Assembly (NCBI GenBank): GCA_020137815.1
Contig: CM035360.1
Coordinates: 6,076,001-6,140,000 of the forward strand
Length of the DNA stretch: 64,000 nt
From: Hormiphora californensis
Lineage: Eukaryota > Animalia > Ctenophora
Direction of reading: 5' to 3'
Below, in pieces: positions 41,365 through 53,700 of the stretch. Position 1 is the stretch's first letter, and each line of letters opens with the position of its first letter. The position numbers were made by a program, and so were the translations under genes. Under the pieces are notes generated by a model. It searched no databases and was not told the DNA's origin. It saw only the letters and a list, made by a program, of their open reading frames with translations.

Positions 41365-43454
41365 ATTATTAAAAAAATATTCATTAGTTTTTTATGAGTT
41401 TTGCGGGAATTGGACACGAGTCGCCTGCTTTAGAGTCGGAGCTGCTAACCGTTGCACCATGGAAGAGGTGCTACTTTTACAATTCAAGAGACTATAAATC
41501 GCGCGCGACTTGTAAAGCCGCGCGAGTTGGAGTCAGAATCAACAAGTATGGAGTCGGAAGAGTGAGAGTCATTTTATATGGAGTCTAAATACTGGGTGCG
41601 AGCGATCGCCGCCCTTAATTGACGGGGGTAGGGGATCTCATGGAGGGCGCCGGGCGGTATTTCCCATCAAATGCATGTCCTTCTCGTCTCGGTCTCGATT
41701 GACAAGTTACTAGCGCTGAGCAAGGGCCATGAGTATGTGTTACAAAGAGGCGAAGGGCTGGACAGCTGGCGCGCGAGCCTTGAGAATCAAATTGGGGGGT
41801 TGGCGGCCGCCAGAAGGACAGGGCGCGACAAGGGCCGGAGATCTGGATTTACAGGCAGGCGCTGACGAAGGGCCATGATATGTTGAAAAGCAAGCGGCTG
41901 ACAAGGGGCCACATGATATGATTTACAGAAGGGACAGGGCATGACAAGTCCATAGATATGTAACAAGCAAGGGCTGGACAAGGGCCATGATATGTTTTCC
42001 AAGACGAGGCGCTGAAGAGGGCGAGTGATAGCAGCACAGCAGTTAAGCTGCTTAAGGGCTCTCTTTCTCCCTCTCCATCGTCTCTCTCTCTCTCTCTCTC
42101 TCTGCTCTATCTCTCTCTCTGCTCGCATCTCTCTCTTCTCCTCTCTCTTTCCCTCGTGTTTAGTTCGACTTTTTCCCTCATTCTACTCATACGAATGGCG
42201 ACTGGAAGGTCGAAGACCCGCAACTCCCCGGACTTTGCTGTATGGGATTGAGAGGGAGGAAACTAGCACAAATCGGGCGAAGGGCCGGCGACTCGAACCG
42301 ACAACCTCCTAGCAGAGAAGCTAGAATATTATCTATCTGAGGGGAGAGACACCCTTGTTCAAATTAGGAGAGTAACCAAAAAAGGCCCTGGTTTTAACCC
42401 ATTTTCCATATATCTTTTTCGAAATCCCATTCTAGGATTCACTAATTTAGTCATATATCCATTCAGAAACCCGAGTTTGTTGATGAGTTGGAACGACTAT
42501 TCTTCTAAGGGGAAGGGGCGGAGACGAAGGAGAAAGAGAGAGTGTAGCAGATACAGAACGGAAGGAAGATGAGTAAGGCATTCGAGGCATCGCTGTATCC
42601 TGTGCAGACCGAAACCTTCGCTGTATCCGACATTATGGGATACCGCTTATTTATACGCCATTATTGTGAGTTATTCATGCCGCTGCATAGGTGACATATT
42701 AAAACCATCCGCAATCTGCAATGTCTAATGTTGAAACCTTCAATTGCGCGGACAGGGTAAGGGGAAACATGGAGGGCCTCTTATTAGTTTCCTGACCCTT
42801 CTTTACATTCCTATTAGCCATTACGGTGGGAAATTGATTGACAACACGGTGCACCCGGCGAATAGGATTCGAGGGGCCGAAGGCGACGGAAGTAGAAGAC
42901 CATTGAAAACGTATGTTGGGAGCAGAGACAAAACAACTTAACAGCGACGAGGGAACCATCTAGAAAGCGATGAGTCTATAGAACGAACAGAGAGGATCCG
43001 TATCAGTGACACAGGACCACCAGAGACAGCGGAAAAAGGAAGACTCGGGGAGACACCAGTGTAGTAAGACGGTGTAGTTGAGCAGGAAGAGGAGCACTAA
43101 AATAATATAAGGTTAAAGGCCAAGGAGGATAAGAAAGCTTTCGTAACCCTATTTGCAGGGGAAAAAACAACTTTCAATCACGAAGGTGAAAAGAATGTTT
43201 ACTGACCTTGATGTTCGACAGACCAGCATAGGTATCTCGTAATAATTGAATCATTTTATGAAACTATAGAGGCGAGCTCATGAAGCGTTCTGATTACTCG
43301 ATGACTGAGAGTAGAACACACTTCGAGAGTCGATATCGGGTCTACATCGGCTCTGAGATCTGTCTATACAATATTCTCTTATAGCCTCTCTCTGAGTTAG
43401 AGCTTATATAGAGGCATAGATTAGTATATATCTCCTCACCTCTCTCTCCTTCTC

Positions 43455-43488
<34 letters not shown>

Positions 43489-44555
43489 CCTCTTCCCTCC
43501 CTATCCGGCGCTCGCCGTGATCACACTAACAGCAATGTGCACATGCAAAAAACTGTGTCTTACCTCCATCCCAAGTGATCTGGTTGCGGAAAATTTGAAT
43601 TTTCTCTGACCGAGTTGGGAGGAGGTTGGAGTTAGGTAGGGAGGGGTAGAAGAAGGGGGCCAAGGAGAGGTAAATGAGACTTTTTTGTTTTGATCTCTTT
43701 TTTTTCTTTGGGTCTGGGAGGGGAGCGGGATAGAGAGGGAAGGAGAGAGGAGGCGCGGAGGGAAAAGCCAGAGAAGCAGAGAAGAGGGGATAAGGTAGAG
43801 AGAGAGAGAGCGGCAGAACACGAGATAGATGAGAGAGAGCGATAGATAATATATAAAAAGAGATCGTAGAGCGAGCGACTTCTCTATTGAGAGATATCTC
43901 TATCTATCTCTCGTCTAGATCTCTCTCTCGCTCTATCTCTAGCTAAATATCACCCATTATATCACCCTAATCTCTCTGACTCTCCCTCACAGTTGTTGTA
44001 GTCTCGATCTCACCCTCTGTCCGTATGCAACTATCACATCCCTCTGTAGCTGAGCTACAGCAGATGTCTAGTGTCTCCCCACTCATCGAACGATTAGGTA
44101 ATATGGTAGTTCTGGGCTGAACATTTTCGACCGCTTTAAAGCGCTTTTTAATTAAGCGTTCGAGAAGAAAGGCGCTGTATAGCCCCCGCTTTAAAGCGCT
44201 GTTAAAAGCGATACGCTTTAAAGTACGCCAGCGCTTTAAAGCGCTTTTAAGCGCTAAAAGCGCTTTTATAGCGGTTTCTGAAGCAATATTAAAGCGCTTT
44301 CGAAGCGCTTATCTATAAAGCGCTTTTTAAAAGCGCTTTAAAGCGCCACCGATTTAAAGCGCTTTATTTTCAAAATTTAGCGCTTTAAAGCGTTTTGCAA
44401 GCGCTTTAAAAAGCGCTATGAAGCGCTATAAAGCGCTTCGTCAGATCGCTTTTAAAGCGCTATTTAGCGCTATTTAGCGCTTTATAGCGCTTTCGAAAGC
44501 GCTTTTAAAAGCGCTATAAAGCGCTAAATAGCGCTAGAAAGCGCTTTTAAAAGCG

Positions 44556-46248
44556 CTATAAAGCGCTTTATATTTATAGCGCTTTTAAAAGCGCTAGAAA
44601 TCGCTTTCAATAGCGCTATAAAGCGCTACAAAGCGCTTTATAGCGCTTTTTAAAGCGCTTTATATAGCATATTTGAAAGCGCTTTATAGCTCTATACAGC
44701 GCTTTTAAAAGCGCTTTTTAGCGCTTTTAAAATCGCTTTAGAAAGCGCTTTAAAGCGCTTTAAAGAGCGCTTTAAAGCGCTTTTTATAGCGCTAAAAAGC
44801 GCTTTCTAAAGCGCTATGAAGCACTATTTAAAGCGCTATAAGAAGCGCTTTAAAGCGCTTTATAGTGCATTTAAAAGCGCTTTTAAAAGCACTTTAAAGC
44901 GCTTTAAAGCGCTCTAGAAATCGCTTTTTAAAGCGCTTTATAGCGCTTTTAAAAGCGCTTTAAAGCGCTTTAAAGCGTTTTTAGAAACGCTTTCTGAAGC
45001 GATATAAGCGCTTTTTAAAGCGCTGTGCAGGGTAGAAGGGTCACGGCCCTTGAACACCGCCATGTGGCGGTTTTAACCGCCACGTGGCCCCTGGATGTGG
45101 CGTCAATTCTCAGGACGTGGCGCCAATGAGCCTTTTTGGCGGTGTTCATGTGGCGTTAATAGTCGAAATTGGCGCTTCGAATTGGCGCTTTTCTTTTTTG
45201 GCCCCAGGGACGTGGCGTTGGCCCCAGGACGTGGCGTCAATTTTTGAGTGGCGGAGATGTCAAAATTTTTTGGCGCTTTTCGGATGACGCCACACCCAAA
45301 AAATTCGAATCGCCAATTTGTTTTTTTGGCCTATCATTTGGCGCTAATTTTTGGCGCTAATTTTTTGGCGCCATGTAAATTGGCGCCATATAAACTGATA
45401 CTATAAAGCGCTTTATATTTATAGCGCTTTTAAAAGCGCTAGAAATCGCTTTCAATAGCGCTATAAAGCGCTACAAAGCGCTTTATAGCGCTTTTTAAAG
45501 CGCTTTATATAGCATATTTGAAAGCGCTTTATAGCTCTATACAGCGCTTTTAAAAGCGCTTTTTAGCGCTTTTAAAATCGCTTTAGAAAGCGCTTTAAAG
45601 CGCTTTAAAGAGCGCTTTAAAGCGCTTTTTATAGCGCTAAAAAGCGCTTTCTAAAGCGCTTATATGAAGCACTATTTAAAGCGCTATAAGAAGCGCTTTA
45701 AAGCGCTTTATAGTGCATTTAAAAGCGCTTTTAAAAGCACTTTAAAGCGCTTTAAAGCGCTCTAGAAATCGCTTTTTAAAGCGCTTTATAGCGCTTTTAA
45801 AAGCGCTTTAAAGCGCTTTAAAGCGTTTTTAGAAACGCTTTCTGAAGCGATATAAAGCGCTTTTTAAAGCGCTGTGCAGGGTAGAAGGGTCACGGCCCTT
45901 GAACACCGCCATGTGGCGGTTTTAACCGCCACGTGGCCCCTGGATGTGGCGTCAATTCTCAGGACGTGGCGCCAATGAGCCTTTTTGGCGGTGTTCATGT
46001 GGCGTTAATAGTCGAAATTGGCGCTTCGAATTGGCGCTTTTCTTTTTTGGCCCCAGGGACGTGGCGTTGGCCCCAGGACGTGGCGTCAATTTTTGAGTGG
46101 CGGAGATGTCAAAATTTTTTGGCGCTTTCGGATGACGCCACACCCAAAAAATTCGAATCGCCAATTTGTTTTTTTGGCCTATCATTTGGCGCTAATTTTT
46201 GGCGCTAATTTTTTGGCGCCATGTAAATTGGCGCCATATAAACTGATA
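44556..46248. repeat. ~845-bp tandem duplication
   Basis: 44556-45400 is repeated almost exactly at 45401-46248. Confidence 0.85.
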
Positions 46249-46951
46249 CCAGAAACCCCCTAGTGGCCCCTAGGGACCCCCAGGAGGCGCTAGAGTCACG
46301 TAAAAGCCCCCTAGAAGGCTCCAAGAGACCCCTAGAGGCCACTAGAGTCGATTAGAGTCCCTCAAAAGCCCAGAAAGATCGAATGCAGCCCCAGATGAGC
46401 ACACAAGGCCCCCAAAAAGCCACTAGAGTTCTCTAGAGTCCCCTGAAACGCCCCAAGAGGACACCAGAGGTCCCTGAATGTCCGTAGAAGTCCCTAAAGA
46501 CCCACAGAGGCATCAAGGATTGAACAGTTAAAAAAGAGCTGTGTTTATATAAATATATCGCCATGTAAGAACTTAATTAGCGCCATGTAAATGGCGCTAA
46601 TAATTACTTTGGCGCTTTGATGTGGCGGAGTTTATGTGGCGCCAACTATGTGGCGTCAATTATTGACGCCACACCGAAAATTCAAAAAACCACGTGGCGC
46701 TAAAATCGACTAAAAATCCATTGGCGCCATCCTCTCAAAATTGACGCCACGTCCTGGGGCCAACGCCACGTCCCTGGGGCCAAAAAAGAAAAGCGCCAAT
46801 TCGAAGCGCCAATTTCGACTATTAACGCCACATGAACACCGCCAAAAAGGCTCATTGGCGCCACGTCCTGAGAATTGACACCACGTCCAGGGGCCACGTG
46901 GCGGTTAAAACCGCCACGTGGCGGTGTTCAAGGGCCGTGACCCTTCTACCC
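45030..46951. mobile_element. Inner TIR element rich in GGCGCC/GTGGCG
   Basis: ~215-bp inverted arms GGGTAGAAGGGTCACGG../..CCGTGACCCTTCTACCC, flanked by TGTGCA on both sides. Confidence 0.65.
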
Positions 46952-48777
46952 TGTGCAGCGCTTTTAAAAGCGCTATAAAGCGCTTTTTAAAGCGCTTTTT
47001 AAAGCGCTTTAAAAAGCGCTTTTTAAAGCGCTTTATAGCGCTTTTAAAAGCGCTGTAAAGCGCTTTAAAAAGCGATTTTTCAACACCGCTTTTAAAAGCG
47101 CTTTTTATAGCGCTTTAAAGCGATATTCACCGCTTTAAAGCGCTTAAAAGCGCTTGAAAGCGCTAAAAGCGCTTTAAAGCGCTATAAAGCGTTTTGAAAA
47201 GCGCTTTATAGCGCTTTTAAAAGCGCTTTTAAAGCGCTTTAAAGCGCTTTATTTTTTCTCGCCATCAAAAAAAAGCGCTTTAAATCGGTGGCGCTTTAAA
47301 GCGCTTTTGAAAGCGCTTTAAAGCGCTTTCGGAAGCGCTTTATATCGCTACAAAAACCGCTATAAAGCGCTTTTAGCGCTTTAAAAGCGCTTTAAAGCGG
47401 TATCGCTTTAAAGCGCTTTAAAGCGCTTTATAGCGCTTTCTCAAACGCTTTAAAGCGGTCGAAAGTGTTCAGCCCAGAACTACCATATTACCAACGATTA
47501 TAATGTCCCTTGATCTCAATTCTCCCGCAACATCATTCATCAGCTTCTCTCCCTCTATCTCTCCCTCTCTCCCTCTATCTCTCTTGTTCAGACTAACAAG
47601 TATGAACAAAGAATACCTCCCATTTCTTATAGCTCTCACGATATAAGTCTATCAATTGAGGTCTGTCTATGGAACAAGGTCTGACCATCAATTGAGTTTG
47701 CTATCCCGACACAGTCTTACGCTTTCTCTCCATTTATCGATCAGACTTACACGACACCTATCATTCTAGTTTTACAATCCAGCCATCTCTCGCTGTCTCT
47801 CTCTTTCTCCCACTCTCCGTCTACTTCTCGAGACGACAAGTGTCTAGTGGGGGGAGACGCAAATTTGTGACAGTCCTTCATGAAGGTAGGAAGGATGAGA
47901 GAGAGAGAAAGATATAATGGGGAGAGAGAGAAAGAAAGGTGTAATGGGGAGAGAGAGAGAGAGTCCCGAGACATAGCAAGTTAAAAGAAGGGGAAAGAAT
48001 TGTTTCGATTGGACCCGACCAATGGATAAATTAAAAAAACGATGCATATTTTACGTGTTTCATGGAAGGAATCATTCCTGGAATTTGAAAGCTAAACATC
48101 TTCTTCACACAGTGGATGAACAATGAAGGTTCAAGATACGTACATAAAATGTTACAAAGTTGTAACACTTGGTAACATACCACGCAACACATTTTGTAAC
48201 GGATTTGTAGACACACCATTTAGAGGAACACACAAAGATTGAAAGACACAGGACCCACAAATCAGAGTGACAGACAGTTCAAATCAGAGCTCAAATCTTA
48301 GGAGCTGTAAGGTGCTGATATCATTATGCTTTATTTGCCTACCTTTTCTCCAAAATCCTCTCTCCCGTATTGCAGCAGATTTACCCACCAGTCATGGCCT
48401 ACTGAGGGGTTGGTAATGATATGGGAAAGATATGGTGGTGAGGGGGGTAGGGAAAATATAAACACATCGACTCAATGAATGATCAACTAAATTTGTGTGT
48501 ACATAACAGAATATTTTTTATTTCGCTCAAATTTCACATTCCCTCCTTCACCCTCCTCACGAAAAATAGGTTTGCAAAAATTGTCTTTCATCACCAAAAA
48601 TGCGGAGTGATTGGTACAAAAAACGTAAAAAAGAAGCACGAGATGAAATCAACACGCTAATTAGTAATTGCATAATTTTGTAATTAATAACATATACACC
48701 GTCAGAGAATAAGTAACTAGCACTAAATAATAATAACTCCCAATGAGAGAAAGATTCCAGAAAATAATCCCATTTTT

Positions 48778-50169
48778 TTATCCAACAACCTCGTACAGCT
48801 CAGTAACAAACTTTCCATCCTTGTATTTTGTGAGGAACTGTTCAGCAATGGAGGACTCGGACTGAAAAAAGGGATGTATAGTTAGAAAATAGAACAAATT
48901 AGGACAAACTTTGTCTTGTTGACGTCCTCCACATTGACAAGAGAAGGAAGTTGATAATTGAACAGTGCGCGGCGCACAGGGAGAGGTAGAGTTCGCGCGC
49001 GCCAACTGCTGACAATCTATGTAGACTCACATATTCTCCGTTTTCTTCCACCAGGCAGATATTCACTTCAGACGACTTGGCCGTGACGAATTCCGTATCC
49101 AGTCCAGTGGCTTTCTTGACAAAGACCTGGCAACCGTCAGTCTTGTCAATGTTTAGGATAGGAGCCTTGTCGTTAACCTGGCGGGGAGAATCGGTTTAGA
49201 ATACTGCCAAGAGGAGGAATTTGATTTGAACCACAAATTTCAGAGAGTCTGGAAATTCATCTTCTGATCCCTGAGTTAACTCAATTAATATGGGGAATGC
49301 CAATCATGTGCTCGTTGGGTGTATTTTACCTGTACTTTGACGCTGGTACAATTGACACAGTCCATACTGGCGACCAGAGTGTCCACAATAATTGCAACCT
49401 TTTTACAGTTGTCTAGGGTAACAGAGTTGATTTTACCTGGGGAGAGATATATGTTTTTTAATAAAACAAATAATGAACTGTTCTGTATAGATTAAAGGTG
49501 AATCAACACGAAAGAGTGCTCACAAATACTATACCTTTAACGGTAATAACAGAGTTGTCGCACTTAAAGACGTACAGAGCCTGGGACACCTGAGCATCGA
49601 TAACAATATCGTTGTTTCCACTCTGGTACTCCTGTGGAAGAGAAAGTTTGTTAGAAGCGAGCTGTAAGTGAGGTATTAGTTTAGGAAATTGGAACATTGG
49701 GGATAGACAAGTGAAAAGCAAGCTCTAATCTAGGCTGGGGTGAAGTAGTAGGGGAAGTGAGTTATCAAATTTAGGGAACATTGGGGGTTTGAGTTGTCAA
49801 GTGGTGAAAAATGGAGAAAGTAAAATGTCGAAAGTACTTTTGTAGTTAAAAGAATGGTTATTTAGCTAAACAGTTACTTGGTTGAATTGTTTATAATACT
49901 GTCTCCGTATTGCTTTTGTTAAAAACAGTTTAAGTGGTTTAGATTTTTAGTTAATGACTTGAAAAACTCTGTGCCTCCATATTTCTCTAACTTATTTCAA
50001 TTTCTTGATATTCAGACTGACACCTCATCTTTCCTCAATCATTCTTTTGGGGAAGTAAGCTCTAACAGCGAAATTTTGCAGTAACTTTTTCATCACCATA
50101 TTTGGTCAACGGACCTATCTTTCTCTTTGTGTCGCTGAGATTCGTGTTCATGAGCAGCTTTCATTTGTT

Positions 50170-50245
<76 letters not shown>

Positions 50246-50654
50246 AATAGAAGAGTGAAGGCAGTAACATTTGCATTGTACCAACCGACAACTTTCTTTC
50301 TCAGTGGAGTATGATTTATACTGTATGAATTTGGATAATAAACTCAACAAATTAGGACAGACCCAGAACAACATCTTATTACACTTACGCAGATCCATTT
50401 CTTTCCCTCAAGTTGGAATTTGGGTGGCCTCTGGACAGCAGCTGCCTTGGCAGCAGGAGCGGGTGATTTCTTGTTTTTGTTGACATCACTAGCCTTCACA
50501 ACACTGGACCCCCTTAGTTCGGGGTTCTTGTGTGTCTTTTGGTCGTCAGTAACCTTCCTTAGACCTGAAAGGGATAATTCATTATTTGCGTTAAAGATAA
50601 TTCATTATTATAGAGATAAACTGATATATTGTCCTTCTGTGGAACAGTAGGTAG

Positions 50655-50724
<70 letters not shown>

Positions 50725-53700
50725 GAGAGATATTTAATGTTAATAGAATGTGTAATGGCCCATTGACCAACCAAGAGATAAATAGCGTTATATATCCCCC
50801 CTTGTACAATGTCTCTCCAAACTAACCTGAAGTCACGGCAGATCCCTTGTTTAGAGCTGCGAACAGGTCCGCACTGGCCGGTTTGGAAGACTGTTGAGCA
50901 GGGGCAGCTGCCACTGCACAGGGAGGAGGGGGAGGAGGAGCCTTGGGTGCGGAGGGGGCAGCAGGGGCGCTCCCACCACCGTACACTTTAGCAGCGGCTG
51001 ACTTAGCATCACTTCCCTGTGTGAGAGAGAGGTAGGAGATAAGGAGATAACAGGTGTCTGTGTAACACGGAGCAGTGTACAATTCAATTGGAGGACAAGA
51101 AATTGGAGAACAAGGAACACAGGGGATGATGGTGACAAACAGACAAACAAACAGGCAGACAAACTGATAAAACACGCCCTTATAATTCTATAACTGACTC
51201 CGATCCCGGTGGTGTTTAATTAATTGTTTTATGAAGGAGCAGTTAGCAGAGCAAACTTTCGAATACTTCCTTTCATTCTCCAGTAATGATGTTAATATTT
51301 TGCTCTGTGCTGTTATTGGCCACTGCTCAGTCGACCTTGTTAGATGAATTCAAAGAGCTGGAAAGTCGTTATTTCCCCGAAAATGGCCTCCTGACAGCCA
51401 ACCCACAAGTTCGGAAACAGAGATTTTTGGCTTTTAAAAGATCCAAAAACGAGGTCAATGACATCAACAGTGATTTGAGTAACACATATGTGGCCGAGAC
51501 GAATATGTTCTCCCTTATGTCTGAAGAGGAGAGGCGCTCTTATAGCGGCCTCAACATCTCTCTACAATCGATCAAGGAAGAACCTTTAGTTTCAGTATCT
51601 TCACTATCTTCACAATATGACCTACAAGCTCTACCTAACTCAGTTGATCACACTGGTAGGCTACCTCCGGTGAAGAATCAGGGCACATGTGGCTCTTGCT
51701 GGGCATTCACACTAACTGCCACTTTTGAAGGAGAGTATAACCGAGTAACGGGAGAGAAGGTAAGCTTTTCTGATCAAGAGCTTCTCGATTGTGGGCTTTG
51801 GTCTCACGTAGACGGATGCGATGGTGGTTGGTTTGACACAAGTTACAAGTACGTCCAAGAAAGCGGCCGACTGGCAACAGAAAAAGACGTGCCGTACTTG
51901 GGTAAATGGCAAAAGTACAGATGTAGCAAATACCTCGACAAACCTAACGGAATGACGAAAGCTCGGATCATCAATGCTGGTATCTTGGATAAAACAGATG
52001 AGGGATTACAAAAAGCAGCTGCGGTTACGACAGTAGCAGTTGGCATTAAAATCGTTCGTGGGTTTCATCAGTATAAGTCTGGTGTTTTCAATCCTAAAAT
52101 GTGGATTCACATACCCGATCACGCTGTAACTGTTGTTGGATACGGGCAGATAGGAAACAGTGAGAGTGGACAGTATTGGAAGGTTAGTATCAAATTTCCT
52201 TCACTAGATGTTTATGTAAGCTTTCGTTTAACCCGGTATTCGTCCCCTTTAGATTCGGAATTCGTGGGGAGTCGATTATGGAGACCAGGGATACATTCTA
52301 CTGTCTCGACAGAAGAAAAACGCTGTTCTTATTGCAAGTTTCGCCCATGCCGCATTCATGGAAAAATGCGCTGGTGGGGTGTGTCACCGATTTGAGGAGT
52401 ATAAGAGGGAACAGGAAGAGAAAAAGCGAGAGAGACTACGACAGAAGGAGATCAGAAAAAACCCATGCAACGACCAACAAAAAATATGTGACAGTTTCGG
52501 GGACTATCAATGTACAAAACCATATCCGTAAGTACAAAATGTATAAATGAGCAACGTACTTCATTGATCTTGTGTGTATCATGTATGACTATGAATAACC
52601 CACTCTTTAATTCGATCAGGGGTATGCAGTGGTTTAAAAGGGATTGCCCTCAAACGTGCAAAACACCCAAGTGTATAGGAAAGGGTGCTAGGTACAGTGC
52701 GTGGACGACTAACGACATATTTGAGTACCAGGATGTTATTGATCAAAATAAGAGGGACTTTAAAAAGCTAATAGAAGAACAGAAGAGAAAAGCAGAGGAA
52801 AAGAAGAGACAGGAAGAGGAAAAGAAACGACAAGAAGAGGAAGAGAAGAAGAAGGAAAATGAACAAGATGAGGAAGAGAAGAAAGAAAATGGAGAAGATG
52901 AATCGGAAAAAGAAGATGAATGGGAGAAAGAAGATGAAGATGAAGAAGAAGAAGAAGATGAAGAATGGGAGAAAGAAGATGAAGAAGAAAAGGGCAATAA
53001 AAAGAAGCGAAGACGGAAGAATAAGAAGAATAGGAGGAAGGGAAGGAAGGACAAGAAGGGAGGAAAGTGTTATGACTACCCTGGACAGGAGAAAATGTGT
53101 ATCAAGTATTCCAAGCACTGCAAACCTGGAAGGTACGTTGTAATGCATATCATAAACTATACCCCTACAGTGCAATAACTAATTATTAAATAATCAACCT
53201 TAATCAGGAGACCCCTTGTGACACATTGGTGAAAGAAACAGCTTTTTTCCAATTTTTTCCCAGTCTCACGGCTTTTTGACCTAACTACCGATTTATTTTC
53301 AGTGAATACTACGGTTGGGCGGCCGACAATTGCCGTGCTACATGTAACCTATGCTAAGAATGAATGACAGCTTCTGATGAGAAAAACATGGATTTGTTCA
53401 CTGAGAGACGAGAGTATTAATTGATGTTTTCATTTTAAAATCATGAGCTTAATTTGTTGCCCTGGACAAGTAGTAATAACAAACGAACGTTACATAGCAA
53501 CAAAGAAAAAACAAACAAACAAAGAAACAAAGAAACAAAGAAACAAAGAAACAAACAAACAAACGAACGTAACAAACAAACAAACGAACGTAACTAACAA
53601 ACAAAGCAACAAAGAAACAAACAAAGAAACAAAGAAACAAACAAACAAAGAAACAAACAAACAAACAAACTAACACTCACATTAGGATTCCAGTTGACTC

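Larger units (their letters stand above)
44097..47492. mobile_element. Non-autonomous Merlin-like foldback element with AGCGCT-palindrome satellite arms
   Basis: TIR GGTAATATGGTAGTTCTGGGCTGAACA..; 8-bp TSD AACGATTA at 44089-44096 and 47493-47500. GG-start TIRs with 8-bp TSDs fit the Merlin superfamily. Confidence 0.8.

Noticed and set aside
41400-44090. Possible gene or element with ACAAGGGCCATGA and GGAGTC repeats
   Set aside because: Degenerate, looks like low-accuracy consensus; no coherent ORF or termini can be supported.
45084-46897. Repeated MAPG.GVNSQDVAP ORFs
   Set aside because: Translations of inverted/duplicated TIR arms; no protein motif.
52743-53175. Poly-Ser/Phe antisense ORFs
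   Set aside because: Shadow frames of the E/K-rich protease exon.
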